In this document: in pieces, positions 1-9,948 of the stretch
Position numbering within the stretch: position 1 is the stretch's first letter
Layout: every line of letters begins with the position of its first letter
IMG/VR virus record: IMGVR_UViG_3300037634_006328
Coordinates: 1-58,428 of that record
Reading direction: 5' to 3' (one strand)
From: a virus
Taxonomy: Duplodnaviria; Caudoviricetes
Length of the DNA: 58,428 bases
Program-made: the position numbers and the translations under genes
The notes under the pieces: generated by a model
The model's database searches: none
Told to the model about the DNA's origin: nothing
The model's input: the letters and a program-made list of their open reading frames with translations, nothing else

Positions 1-10
1 CTATCACGAA

Positions 11-19
11 ACTACTTAT
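11..19 (+). promoter_or_regulatory. candidate phage late promoter motif ACTA(T/C/G)TTA(T/A)
   Basis: ACTACTTAT 22 nt upstream of the ATG at 41. The same motif recurs before late-type genes at 26925, 28745, 32996, 39186 and 56078. Confidence 0.5.
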
Positions 20-40
20 CAAAGGATTGGAGGGAGCCTG

Positions 41-748
41 ATGGCCGACATTTGTTTTAAATACGTTCCGACAGGAAGAACAGTGACTTTTAAGGATATC
101 GTGCTCGATACTTTCTCCGATCAACTACAAACCAGCTTGGATCAAGAGAAAGCATTCGGTCGTATGGATCCGATGATCACATATCAGGGAACAACAAGGG
201 TCATCAATCTTTCGTTTACGACTGCCCCGATAAAACAAACCAACACCGACGTCTTATTGGTGAATAAATACAATTTCCGCGCTCTTGGCGAATTCATGAA
301 GCTTCAGTACCCAGTGTACGAAGAAACAAACATAGGAAACGCTTTGGCAATCAAAGCCCCGCCGGTTTTCAAGGTAAAATTGAGCAATTATATCCAAGAC
401 ACCGGAGAATCACTGCTTTGTTTTATAGAGGGTGTGTCTTTTACGCTAGATGACCCTTCTTCGCTTCAATCTATGCCAACTATGCTCGGCGGCGCTTGGA
501 TTCCGCGCAAGTTCACTCTTAATTTAACATTGCACGTTTTGCACAGCAAGCCTGTTGGCTGGAGTAAGGGCAGATGGCAAGGTGGTCATCATTGGCCATT
601 CTTCAATGACGAGCTTGTTAAAAAGACTGGCGGAAGTGAAAGCCTCGCGGCGGAAGCATTTGAGACAAAAGAAGAACCTGCTATACAATCCGATCAACCG
701 GGTGGCAAAGCCACGGTGCTTGATAAAATTGATAAAAAGGTGAAATAA
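41..748 (+). CDS. baseplate/tail-tube initiator-like virion protein
   Basis: GRMDP..TYQGTTR.I.LSF and 'L..LQYP.Y...PP...KL.NYI' pattern typical of myophage tube-initiator proteins; followed by LysM-like and hub-like genes; GGAGG RBS. Confidence 0.55.
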   Translation: MADICFKYVPTGRTVTFKDIVLDTFSDQLQTSLDQEKAFGRMDPMITYQGTTRVINLSFTTAPIKQTNTDVLLVNKYNFRALGEFMKLQYPVYEETNIGNALAIKAPPVFKVKLSNYIQDTGESLLCFIEGVSFTLDDPSSLQSMPTMLGGAWIPRKFTLNLTLHVLHSKPVGWSKGRWQGGHHWPFFNDELVKKTGGSESLAAEAFETKEEPAIQSDQPGGKATVLDKIDKKVK

Positions 749-751
749 ATT

Positions 752-1087
752 ATGAGCCGTTACAGAGACAGTGAAATAGTCGTTAACGAAGAAGAAAGTT
801 ACGACAACATTCGCGAAGAACGCGGTGTAAAGAAGCTTCGCCATTATCGTTCCAAGCAACACCCACCTCCCACAAAAGAGTTCTATCGTTCATTGATTCA
901 GATACCGCATGTTTGGAGTTCGAAGGACAGGTATTGGAAGTTGGCTGTCGAACATTACGGATCCCAGAAATATTGGTATATTATCGCTTGGTTCAATAAG
1001 AAACCAACCGAAGCCCATGTTCAGGAAGGCGATAAGATCTATATCCCCAAACCATTGTCTAATGTATTAGACTTTATGGAGGGTTGA
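752..1087 (+). CDS. baseplate wedge / tail-X LysM-like protein (T4 gp53-like)
   Basis: MSRY start; DRYWKLAVEHYGSQKYWYIIAWFN...GDKIYIP LysM-like motif. Confidence 0.7.
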   Translation: MSRYRDSEIVVNEEESYDNIREERGVKKLRHYRSKQHPPPTKEFYRSLIQIPHVWSSKDRYWKLAVEHYGSQKYWYIIAWFNKKPTEAHVQEGDKIYIPKPLSNVLDFMEG

Positions 1088-1088
1088 A

Positions 1089-3656
1089 GTGATAAACGAC
1101 GAAGCAGCCAACGCCGCTGGCACAGTCAAAATAAATAAATCAATTGCTGCCGCCGCCGAGGGAGACAAAGCCGCCAAAGAAAAATCAAACCTTGAAAAAG
1201 CGAGAGAAAGCAAAGAAGCGTTCGCCAAGACTGTCCGCATTTCTCACCAATGTTTGATGTTCTACAACATCGACAGTTTCAGCAAATATCATCAAGGAGA
1301 GATCGCCGACCTCGACGATGATGATGGGATAGTTTATAAGCAGATTCATTTGTTGTCCGGTGACAATGCTTTTGCGATCAATAACTTGAATTCTTGCCAA
1401 AACTCGGTTAAGTTAGCTCAAGAGATCCGAAATGTTGATTTGTCGTTGCTTACACCCCAAATAAGGTTGTTTAAATATTTCCCATTAAACGGTGCAAGAG
1501 AACTTATAGAATTTGACTTCCCTCTCGACACAGATGAATCGTCTTTCTTTACCAATTTCGGTAGAAGATTTTCCAGAGGTAACTTGGCTGGCCTGAAGTC
1601 ATTCGAATACTCTTACAACGGTTCAGACCCTTTCACAGCGACGAGAGACTTAGAAGCCACATTAGTGATGCACTTCCAAAGTTTCGACGCAATCATGGAA
1701 GAACGCCCCAATGGCAATGGGAACGCCGGCACATATCGTTATTTGGATTTGTTTACACAATCCAAGTGTTTCGAAGATCAAGAAAAGGGCGAACAGAAGC
1801 CCACCGAAAAGAAAAAGATCTTCATTGGTAACCGAGCATACAGGCCCGAATGCTTTGAAATAATGGTTGAAGTTGGTTATGCCACTCCAACCGAGAACAT
1901 GATGGAGTGTTTTCAATCCGAAGAACTGAAAAAGAATAAAGAAGCGGTACAGTGTTTCAAGACTGTTCTTTTCTTGACCGTAGTTGATCACCAAATAGAC
2001 ATACGAGAAGACGGCACAATTGATGTCACAGTCAACTATCGAGCAAGATTGGAGGCGATGTATCGTGACACAAGATATGATTTGCTTTTTGATGCGGAAT
2101 TTGACAAAAAGTTGATAAAAGTTGAAAAAAGATTAAAAGATAAAAACCTCAACGATGAACAGGAGAAGGAACTAAAGAACACAAGAGATAAGCTCATGAG
2201 GCAGCGCCAACGCCGCGCCTATAACAATATCGTTGGAAAGCTTCTCGACAAAGGCCACGTCTACTTTGAAAACATACCAAAAGAAGAAATTGATTTATAT
2301 CTCAATTGGGTTGCAGAAGGTTTTTCGGAATCAACTCGACCACCTTTATTGGGGGAGCATTTTATAAAGAATGTCGCTAGTGCCCGCAACAAAGGTGGCG
2401 AGAGTCTTGAAGGGGTTTTTGAGACAGAGCGCACATTGGATGAAGCTAACGAAGACGTTGTAGAGGAAGCGGAGGAAACGGAAAAAGCGATCAATGATAT
2501 TATCGCTAGCACATCAGAAAGACTTAAATTCGTTTTCTTTGGTGATCTTTTGAACATTGCCTTAGAGATTGTTGATGGGAACATAAATGAATTATTGAAG
2601 AACGATCAGGAACAAATAGACAGGTTCCATAGGACGAAGTTTCTCTTGCCAAGCTTGTATATCGAAACGCCACTTGGCGACAAATATGTTAATTTAGCAC
2701 ACATCCCAATTTCGTTTGATGTTTTAACAACTTTCATGATTAACAAGATTGTCAAGCCCCGTCGCGAACAGTTCAGTTTGCTCGACTTCGTAAGAAGTGT
2801 AGTTAGCGAATTGATTGTTGAAGTATTGGCCGATGACTGCTTCCTTTCAACTGGTCGAAAGAAATACAGGAATGGTATGTCTTATTTTTATGCTCAACCA
2901 AATGGCGGGCAAGACCCTCTTTCGGTTGGTGCTGGAAGTGGTGCTTCTCTCTTAAAGGAGGAGCAAGAGTTCTTCGAAGTTAAAGAGTTTGAGTCTAACA
3001 AAGCGCCCGCTGTAGCCAAAGGAAAAATACGCTATATTCGCGCCAATGCACTGTCCAAACAAGTATCTTCTTACAAAACAGTAACAAAAAATAGCACACC
3101 ATATGAATATATTTGCTTATACAATCAATTACTAGTCCACTCAAAAATGCGTGGCAATGCGAAAGAGGACAATAAGAATAATATCATTCACTTTGCCTTT
3201 GGTTTGGATCGTGGCCTGATCAAGAACGCCAAGTTCCAGAAGACTGATCAACCATTCTTACCTGAAGCTCGCTATCGCCAGAAAGGTGATCACATATTAG
3301 GTCAATTGTCGAATGTCTATGACGTGACTTTCGATATGTTTGGGAACAATTTATTCATCCCAGGTCAATATATCTATTATGATCCATTTACCCTTTCTGA
3401 TGAGCTTGGGAAACCACACGATGTTACCCGATTGGCAAACATCATGGGTCTCGGCGGATATCATTTGATAACGCAGATAACTAATCGTCTGGAGCCCGGA
3501 AAGTTCAATACGACTGTGCGTGCCCGATGGGTAACCAGTGGTGCCCCCCTAGTTCCTCCCTTAGCCTATGATGAAGCTTTCCCGGAAAGCGAACCATTGT
3601 TCAGCGAAGACTACCCAGAGAGCGATCCGGCATTATTCCCCGAAAGCATTCCGTGA
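1089..3656 (+). CDS. large baseplate hub-like protein
   Basis: C-terminal 'TFDMFGNNLFIPGQYIY...GGYHLITQITNRLEPGKFNTTV' resembles gpD/gp27-type hub C-termini; position after the LysM gene. Confidence 0.5.
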   Translation: MINDEAANAAGTVKINKSIAAAAEGDKAAKEKSNLEKARESKEAFAKTVRISHQCLMFYNIDSFSKYHQGEIADLDDDDGIVYKQIHLLSGDNAFAINNLNSCQNSVKLAQEIRNVDLSLLTPQIRLFKYFPLNGARELIEFDFPLDTDESSFFTNFGRRFSRGNLAGLKSFEYSYNGSDPFTATRDLEATLVMHFQSFDAIMEERPNGNGNAGTYRYLDLFTQSKCFEDQEKGEQKPTEKKKIFIGNRAYRPECFEIMVEVGYATPTENMMECFQSEELKKNKEAVQCFKTVLFLTVVDHQIDIREDGTIDVTVNYRARLEAMYRDTRYDLLFDAEFDKKLIKVEKRLKDKNLNDEQEKELKNTRDKLMRQRQRRAYNNIVGKLLDKGHVYFENIPKEEIDLYLNWVAEGFSESTRPPLLGEHFIKNVASARNKGGESLEGVFETERTLDEANEDVVEEAEETEKAINDIIASTSERLKFVFFGDLLNIALEIVDGNINELLKNDQEQIDRFHRTKFLLPSLYIETPLGDKYVNLAHIPISFDVLTTFMINKIVKPRREQFSLLDFVRSVVSELIVEVLADDCFLSTGRKKYRNGMSYFYAQPNGGQDPLSVGAGSGASLLKEEQEFFEVKEFESNKAPAVAKGKIRYIRANALSKQVSSYKTVTKNSTPYEYICLYNQLLVHSKMRGNAKEDNKNNIIHFAFGLDRGLIKNAKFQKTDQPFLPEARYRQKGDHILGQLSNVYDVTFDMFGNNLFIPGQYIYYDPFTLSDELGKPHDVTRLANIMGLGGYHLITQITNRLEPGKFNTTVRARWVTSGAPLVPPLAYDEAFPESEPLFSEDYPESDPALFPESIP

Positions 3657-3664
3657 GATAAAAA

Positions 3665-4945
3665 ATGACTTCTTTTGATGGCAACAACAGTTTAAACTCC
3701 AGAGATATGTTCTTTGAGAGGAATAAGTATATCGCAGATATTCTCACTCTTTTGGATGGCGTGGATGAGTCAACATTGGAAATAAGAGAAATCAAAGATT
3801 TCTTATTTGCAGAAATGGTTCTTCTCGGCAAGATCAACACAACCGGAAAAGCCATTGTTCCATCACCCGGCCTACTCGTCCCGTTTTTTAATGACCCTAC
3901 TGGGCGAAACGTGACTTATAAGTTTGTTGCCGAAGCATTTTCAGCAATGCAGGTGAGGTTTGAAAAAGCTTTGAGAATGGGTCAAATTCAAAGCGGACTA
4001 GAGACCCTTTCAGAACTAATTGTGGAAAAGTCATATGTTGACTTGGATACCCAGTATGCAGTATTCTTGGAAAAGACTCGTAAGCTGTTTTTCACCGGAA
4101 TTGAAGAAACAGAACGAGGTAGAAGGATCTATACATTAGAAGACTTTATTAATGTGTTGTTTGATTACTTCGAAATGAATGCTAACGGGCTTCCTTTCAC
4201 CAAAACCCAGTTTATCAAATCCAGATATGTCTCTCAACTATGCAGCGGACTGATGATTGAAATTTACAAGGGTGATTATGGCGACGACTCTGTAAAAGAA
4301 GAGAAATTCTACAAAAACCCTAATTTCGAATTCTATAAAGAACTGGCATACGCTAACGGTTTCTTTGTTGACAAAAACATACCTTGGAGATTGGTCGTTG
4401 ATGTCAATTCTCCACAAATGAGAAAGTTCATTGAAAGGCAAATCGTTTTGGAAGAGAAGACCGATGTTGAAATTCTGGAAGAACTGTTCGACGTTGTGTT
4501 TATCTCTGAATTCGACAATTTCATGAGTAATGTGGTCAATTGGTGGAACATCTTCGTCAACAGAAATCCAGCCGTCCGGGTCGGGCGCTCAAACTGCAAT
4601 AATAACCAGTTTTTTGAGAGAAAGTCGGCAGTCGTTAGCGACCTGTCGATTCCGAACATGATAGAAAGATATGTTCATCTTCGTATTTTCGAGACTGGCG
4701 TTCCTTTTGACACCCCAGAAGTCAAAAAAGTGTTAAAGAGGGCCAAAGCACTGTTTGAATACGGTGACGAGGAACAGTTCTTATCGTATCTTAACAATAA
4801 GTTCTCGGGCACTGCCCACATCGACGGATCGTTGTTCTCGCAAGTTGTTAAACTTGAAGCAGATCAGTTGACAGGTCACGATACATCGGATATTATTAAG
4901 AGTAGGGACAGGTCGGTTATATCCGATCTGTTTGATGTCTTTTGA
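3665..4945 (+). CDS. hypothetical phage protein
   Basis: 426-aa ORF in an operon; no recognisable motif. Confidence 0.6.
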   Translation: MTSFDGNNSLNSRDMFFERNKYIADILTLLDGVDESTLEIREIKDFLFAEMVLLGKINTTGKAIVPSPGLLVPFFNDPTGRNVTYKFVAEAFSAMQVRFEKALRMGQIQSGLETLSELIVEKSYVDLDTQYAVFLEKTRKLFFTGIEETERGRRIYTLEDFINVLFDYFEMNANGLPFTKTQFIKSRYVSQLCSGLMIEIYKGDYGDDSVKEEKFYKNPNFEFYKELAYANGFFVDKNIPWRLVVDVNSPQMRKFIERQIVLEEKTDVEILEELFDVVFISEFDNFMSNVVNWWNIFVNRNPAVRVGRSNCNNNQFFERKSAVVSDLSIPNMIERYVHLRIFETGVPFDTPEVKKVLKRAKALFEYGDEEQFLSYLNNKFSGTAHIDGSLFSQVVKLEADQLTGHDTSDIIKSRDRSVISDLFDVF

Positions 4946-4952
4946 GGTTCGA

Positions 4953-6128
4953 TTGCTCTTTCAGGTGCTGGATAATAAAGGTGAATGTGCCGCTGTTTAC
5001 GCCGAAAATCAACTTTTCGATGATCTAACGGACGAAATGACCCATACGTGGGCGCGCTCCGTGCATCTGCGTAATAAAAAGGTAGAATGCGCGTACCTGT
5101 ACGCAGAGGGGAAGACTTTAGATGAAGTTTGCCCTCCAGAGTTGACGGATCGCTGGATTGACGCCTCTAATCGCCTTCGGGCACACTATCGCGCTGTTCA
5201 TATCGCTAAAATCGATTTGAGCGAGCACTGTTTTTACGACATGGTTCCAAAACAGTTTCTTTTGGAATATTGTGCCTTGAAGACACAGATTTGCGAGCAT
5301 GTTTTCGCCAATTATGAAAAACCAAAGATGTACGACTTTTATGATTCGCTGCAAGAAGTCTTGACTGATATCGGAACTGTCAAATTGAATCTGAATTGGT
5401 CAAACGTGAAGGCGCTGTCGATGATGGATAAATACAAGGGACAAGTTCAGCGATTGAAGGGTTTGTCTTCGCACTGTCGTTACGATCTCTTTGGAACGAA
5501 GACGGGTAGGCTTACAATTAAGCCTGGAAACTTCCCGATCCTGAACTTTAACTCGGATTTGCGTGCAGTTGTCGAACCCAATAATGACTGGCTTGTGGAA
5601 TTGGATTTCAACGCCGCAGAGCTTCGGATGCTGATGCTCCTCAACGGCTCTGTGCAGCCCGTGGGAGACGTCCACGCTTGGAACATGGTACACACCATCC
5701 CGACCGCTACGACGCGCTCTGACGCCAAGCGAGCCGCCTTCTCGTGGCTTTATGATGACCGGAAGCACGACCCGAAACTGGAGGCGGTTTACGGCACTGA
5801 TAGTGTGCGCGAAAAGTATTGGGATGGTGAAAAAGTGACAAACTTTTACGGTCGTGTGATCACTTCTGACCGGCACCACTCCCTTTCTTATATCATTCAA
5901 AGCTCAATGAGCGATTACTTTATGAAGAAAGTGATCAGAGTCCACGAGCTTTTAAAAGACAAGAAATCGTCAATCGCCTTTACAGTACATGACTCATTGG
6001 TTATAGATCTATGTAACAAAGAAAGAGAACTGATTTTACAGGTCAAGAAGATCATGATGGAAGAGGATTTCTTGGTTAATATTAAGATCGGTAAGGATTA
6101 CGGGAACTTGAAGGAGGTTAATTTATGA
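4953..6128 (+). CDS. compact family A DNA polymerase
   Basis: Motif A LVELDFNAAELR, motif B RSDAKRAAFSWLY, motif C VHDSL, plus TKTGRL. Start probably TTG 4953 after GAGG (track start 4932). Confidence 0.8.
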   Translation: MLFQVLDNKGECAAVYAENQLFDDLTDEMTHTWARSVHLRNKKVECAYLYAEGKTLDEVCPPELTDRWIDASNRLRAHYRAVHIAKIDLSEHCFYDMVPKQFLLEYCALKTQICEHVFANYEKPKMYDFYDSLQEVLTDIGTVKLNLNWSNVKALSMMDKYKGQVQRLKGLSSHCRYDLFGTKTGRLTIKPGNFPILNFNSDLRAVVEPNNDWLVELDFNAAELRMLMLLNGSVQPVGDVHAWNMVHTIPTATTRSDAKRAAFSWLYDDRKHDPKLEAVYGTDSVREKYWDGEKVTNFYGRVITSDRHHSLSYIIQSSMSDYFMKKVIRVHELLKDKKSSIAFTVHDSLVIDLCNKERELILQVKKIMMEEDFLVNIKIGKDYGNLKEVNL

Positions 6129-6973
6129 ATATTGTTGGATTAGGTAACGCTGGGTGTAATATCGCTGGACGCTTCAAAGATCTCGGTCCTTATCGTGTTA
6201 CAACTATCGATTCAGAGCGCAGAGAGGGAAATCATATCGAAATTCCTGTTCAGCTACGCCCAGAAGGATACGAGGAGAATCCTCCTCAAATAAGTCTTCC
6301 CGAAGGCGAAACTATGTTGATCGTCGCAGGCGCAGGCTATATTTCAGGTATGTCTTTGACTATCTTGCAACAGATCCAAAACCATAAGTTGGACGTGATG
6401 TTTATAGTCTCCGATAATGAGATTCTGTCCGAAAAAAGAAAGATGCAGGAGCGCGTTACGTTCAACGTATTTCAAGAATATGCGAGGTCCGGTTTATTGC
6501 GTAATGTGTACTTGATCTCCAACTCTTCCGTGGAAAAAGTGCTTGACAACGTACCCATCGTCGGTTACTATGATCGTATAAATGACGCGATTGTTTCTGC
6601 CTTCCACATGGTGAAGGTATTTGAGCACGAGAAGCCTATTATGGGCCAACTAGAAGTGCCTCACGACACCGCACGCATTGTTTCTTATGGTATTTACAAT
6701 ATCGAAGAAAACGAAGAAATGCTGTTTTTTAGCCTTGACAACGTGCGCGATTCGTGCTATATTTTAGGTATAACAGAGAACAATTTAAACACTGATGGGA
6801 CTCTCCGAAGAACCATCGTGGACAACCTACGCGCAAAGGCGCTAGATTATAGTTCCAACGTATCTTTTGGTATCTATCCGATAGATTATGAGGCGAACTA
6901 TACATACGTGAAAATGTATTCATCAGATATTCAAATTTACACTACAGAAGGGGAAACGAATAATGGCGATTAA
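6125..6973 (+). CDS. divergent tubulin/FtsZ-family GTPase (PhuZ/TubZ-like)
   Basis: N-terminal NIVGLGNAGCNIA; degenerate signature VAGAGYISG; ISN and YDRINDAI motifs at FtsZ-like positions. Confidence 0.65.
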   Translation: MNIVGLGNAGCNIAGRFKDLGPYRVTTIDSERREGNHIEIPVQLRPEGYEENPPQISLPEGETMLIVAGAGYISGMSLTILQQIQNHKLDVMFIVSDNEILSEKRKMQERVTFNVFQEYARSGLLRNVYLISNSSVEKVLDNVPIVGYYDRINDAIVSAFHMVKVFEHEKPIMGQLEVPHDTARIVSYGIYNIEENEEMLFFSLDNVRDSCYILGITENNLNTDGTLRRTIVDNLRAKALDYSSNVSFGIYPIDYEANYTYVKMYSSDIQIYTTEGETNNGD

Positions 6974-7724
6974 TATTGAAAAAATGAGAGCAAAACTCGA
7001 CGCTTTGAACAACAAAGGGGGAGATAATAACCAAATGTGGAAGCCTGAACCGGGCTCACAGGATATCCGGATTGTGTGTCCAGAAGACAGCGATCCGTTT
7101 AAGGAATATCACTTCCATTACCTCAAAAGAGAAGGGTTTTTCAAGTCCGTGCTTTGTCCAAAGCGCAACTTTGACGACAACTGCCCAATTTGCGATTTCG
7201 CAAGTCAGGTTTGGAAAGAGTCGAAGAACAATGACGACAAAACCGGCATGGATTTGGCAAAGGGGCTCTTTGTCCGGCAGCGGTACTATTCCCCTGTGTT
7301 CGTAAGGGCTCAAGAGGAACAGGGTGTCCGAATCTGGGGGTACGGCAAGCGCGCCTATGAACAGTTGCTTAATCTGGTCTTGAATCCAGACTATGGTGAC
7401 ATCACCGATCCCGAAACTGGCATCGACATTACCCTGGTATACACAAAGGCCGATGGCCCTGGAAAGTTCCCAACAACCACGCTCACACCTCGTCGCAAGG
7501 AGAGTGTTTTGGCTGAAACGGACGCCGCTGTTACCGAAATTCTTGAAGGTACACCAACCTTTTCAGAGATTCCGTTTTTTGCCCGCAAGACAACGAAAGA
7601 TGCGCAACTGGCGATGGACGAATTTCTTGAAGAAGAGTCGGAAGGGAGTGACGAAGTTGTGAAGATTGGCGGCGATTCTCTTTCAAAGACCGATCAGGCG
7701 TTCCGCGACTTGCAGAACAGTTGA
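6963..7724 (+). CDS. single-stranded DNA-binding protein (gp32-like)
   Basis: WKP..G...IRI, H.H, CP...CPIC Zn site, DYGDITDPETGIDI, acidic tail; between polymerase and recombinase. Confidence 0.8.
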   Translation: MAINIEKMRAKLDALNNKGGDNNQMWKPEPGSQDIRIVCPEDSDPFKEYHFHYLKREGFFKSVLCPKRNFDDNCPICDFASQVWKESKNNDDKTGMDLAKGLFVRQRYYSPVFVRAQEEQGVRIWGYGKRAYEQLLNLVLNPDYGDITDPETGIDITLVYTKADGPGKFPTTTLTPRRKESVLAETDAAVTEILEGTPTFSEIPFFARKTTKDAQLAMDEFLEEESEGSDEVVKIGGDSLSKTDQAFRDLQNS

Positions 7725-7729
7725 TTCGT

Positions 7730-7753
7730 GGGGCCCCGAAAGGGGTCTCTTTT
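7730..7753 (+). terminator. intrinsic terminator
   Basis: GGGGCCCC-GAAA-GGGGTCTC followed by TTTT, just after the SSB stop. Confidence 0.7.
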
Positions 7754-7864
7754 CGAGATATGTATGGAAACAATACTTGTTTTCGCAAAGTTGCTTACTC
7801 TCTTGATCTTTTGGGTCATGATGAGGCATTTGTGGAAAGAATTCTTTAAATAGGGGTGGTGTAT

Positions 7865-8992
7865 ATGGCGAGAGCCAAAAAGATCGATAAACCAGGGCGT
7901 TTATCAATCGCTGATATGCGTAAAGCGATCAACAAAAAGGCCGGCTATAAGGTCGCGCATGATTTAACAACCGAGAATCCAACCGAAGTAAAGTATTGGA
8001 TCCCAACAGGCTCCAGATGGCTTGACTCTATTGTTTGTAGGGGGAGGATGGCTGGAATTCCAGGCGGCAAAGTGGCCGAAATCTCCGGATTGCCGGCGTC
8101 CGGCAAGTCTTATATGGCTGCTCAAATTGCAGCCAACGCGCAAAAGATGGGAATTGATGTTATCTATTTTGATGCCGAATCTGCACTTGATCCTACATTC
8201 TTGGAAAACGCCGGTTGTGATTTGGATAATCTTCTTTATATTCAGGCGGCGAATGTCGAATTCGTATTTGAAACGATCGAAACGGTCTTAAACTCAACGG
8301 AGAACAAGGTTTTGTTTGTTTGGGACAGTTTAGCGCTGACCCCCACTATTTCAGATATTGAAGGGGACTTCAACCCGCAGTCTTCCATGGCTGTGAAGGC
8401 TCGCGTCCTCTCGAAAGCCTTTCAAAAGGTGACTATTCCATTGGCGAATCATGGCTCGACCATTTTGATTCTAAACCAATTGAAAACAAAGATTCACAGC
8501 AACCCAATGATGGCTAAGTTTGATCCATACACCACACCCGGCGGTAAGGCAGTTGTATATGCTTGTTCTTTGCGAATTTGGTTGACAGCCAGAAAAGGCA
8601 AGGACACAAAGCTGATGGACTCAAACAATTTCCAAATAGGTTCAGAAGTTAAGGTGAAGCTTAAGAAGTCTCGTTTTGGGACTGAAAATCGTGAATGCAT
8701 CCTCAAAATCATTTGGGGAGAGGATGATGTTAGGATTTGCGATGAAGAAGGGTGGCTTGAAGCCCTCCAGTTCTCTAAGTCTGACCGATATAGGGGTGGA
8801 GCCTGGAAGACTCTTGTTCTGAACGATGGGACTGAAAAGAAGTTCCAAGAAGGGGGCTGGCTTGAATGTCTGAAGGATGATTTATTCCGCGAGTCTGTAT
8901 TTCAGATCATGGATGAAGAGATCATTCGAAAGTTTGATAAGCGTGAAGGTGATGCGAATTCGTTTACCAATCTAGAGCCGGAGGAAGAATGA
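7865..8992 (+). CDS. recA: RecA/UvsX recombinase
   Basis: IPTGS..LD, Walker A GLPASGKS, YFDAESALD, WDS, ILILNQL, TPGGKA. Confidence 0.92.
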   Translation: MARAKKIDKPGRLSIADMRKAINKKAGYKVAHDLTTENPTEVKYWIPTGSRWLDSIVCRGRMAGIPGGKVAEISGLPASGKSYMAAQIAANAQKMGIDVIYFDAESALDPTFLENAGCDLDNLLYIQAANVEFVFETIETVLNSTENKVLFVWDSLALTPTISDIEGDFNPQSSMAVKARVLSKAFQKVTIPLANHGSTILILNQLKTKIHSNPMMAKFDPYTTPGGKAVVYACSLRIWLTARKGKDTKLMDSNNFQIGSEVKVKLKKSRFGTENRECILKIIWGEDDVRICDEEGWLEALQFSKSDRYRGGAWKTLVLNDGTEKKFQEGGWLECLKDDLFRESVFQIMDEEIIRKFDKREGDANSFTNLEPEEE

Positions 8993-9948
8993 AAAGAGTT
9001 ATGATCATTGATGCTCTTAATCAATTTTTGAGAGCATATATTGTTAATCCGACCCTAACATCAAATGGCAACCCTATTGGCGGTGTTATCGGCTTTCTGA
9101 ACATTCTTGGTAAACTTTGTAGAGAAATAAAGCCAGATCAGGTTATGATCTGTTGGGACAGCCCTGGCGGAAGCCTTAAGCGCCGCCAAATGAATAAAGG
9201 TTACAAAGCTGGTCGTAAGCCTATCAAAAAGAACTATGAAGTTGATGGGATGGATGAACAGTCCGAATATGAGAACAAGATATGGCAGCAAGAGACCTTG
9301 ATACACATCTTGAATCACATGCCAGTCCAGCAATTCTTGTTACATGGTTCGGAAGCAGATGATATCGTTTCGTTTTTGGTTGGTTCACCAAGACTGAAAG
9401 GTTTTCAAAAGGTGATCGTATCGGCTGATAAAGACTTCATTCAGCTTTTGGATGACGAGACGGTTATGTATCGCCCAATTCAGGATGAAGTCCTGAACTG
9501 CCCAGTGATTGTGGAGAAGTTCAATATTTCACCTCAAAACTTTGTTTTAGCAAGAATCCTCACAGGCGATAAATCCGATAATCTCGATGGCATACGCGGA
9601 GTTGGTCTAAAGACCGCCGCAAAGCGTTTTCCATTTTTGAAGGAAGAGAAGGCACATCTGCTCTCCGACTTGAAAACTTATTGTGAAGAGACCGAGGAGA
9701 CACAAAAGATATATACAGATGTTCTGGAGCAGTGGGAAAAAGTTGAAGATAACTACAAGATCATGAACCTTGTTCCCCCACTTATTTCTGCGTCCGAATC
9801 CATGAAAATCAAAGCAATACTTAAAGATTTCGATTTCACGCTCAATGCCACTGAATTGAAAAAGACAAGTATCAATTACGGGTTTGCGTCATACGACTGG
9901 AGTAGGTTAATAGGTATCATGAAAGGAATCCAAGAAAGGAACAACTAA
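8989..9948 (+). CDS. 5'-3' exonuclease / flap endonuclease (T4 RNase H-like)
   Basis: IIDALN, YKAGR, EADD, SADKDFIQL, GDKSDNLDGIRGVGLKTA (H3TH). Confidence 0.9.
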   Translation: MKRVMIIDALNQFLRAYIVNPTLTSNGNPIGGVIGFLNILGKLCREIKPDQVMICWDSPGGSLKRRQMNKGYKAGRKPIKKNYEVDGMDEQSEYENKIWQQETLIHILNHMPVQQFLLHGSEADDIVSFLVGSPRLKGFQKVIVSADKDFIQLLDDETVMYRPIQDEVLNCPVIVEKFNISPQNFVLARILTGDKSDNLDGIRGVGLKTAAKRFPFLKEEKAHLLSDLKTYCEETEETQKIYTDVLEQWEKVEDNYKIMNLVPPLISASESMKIKAILKDFDFTLNATELKKTSINYGFASYDWSRLIGIMKGIQERNN

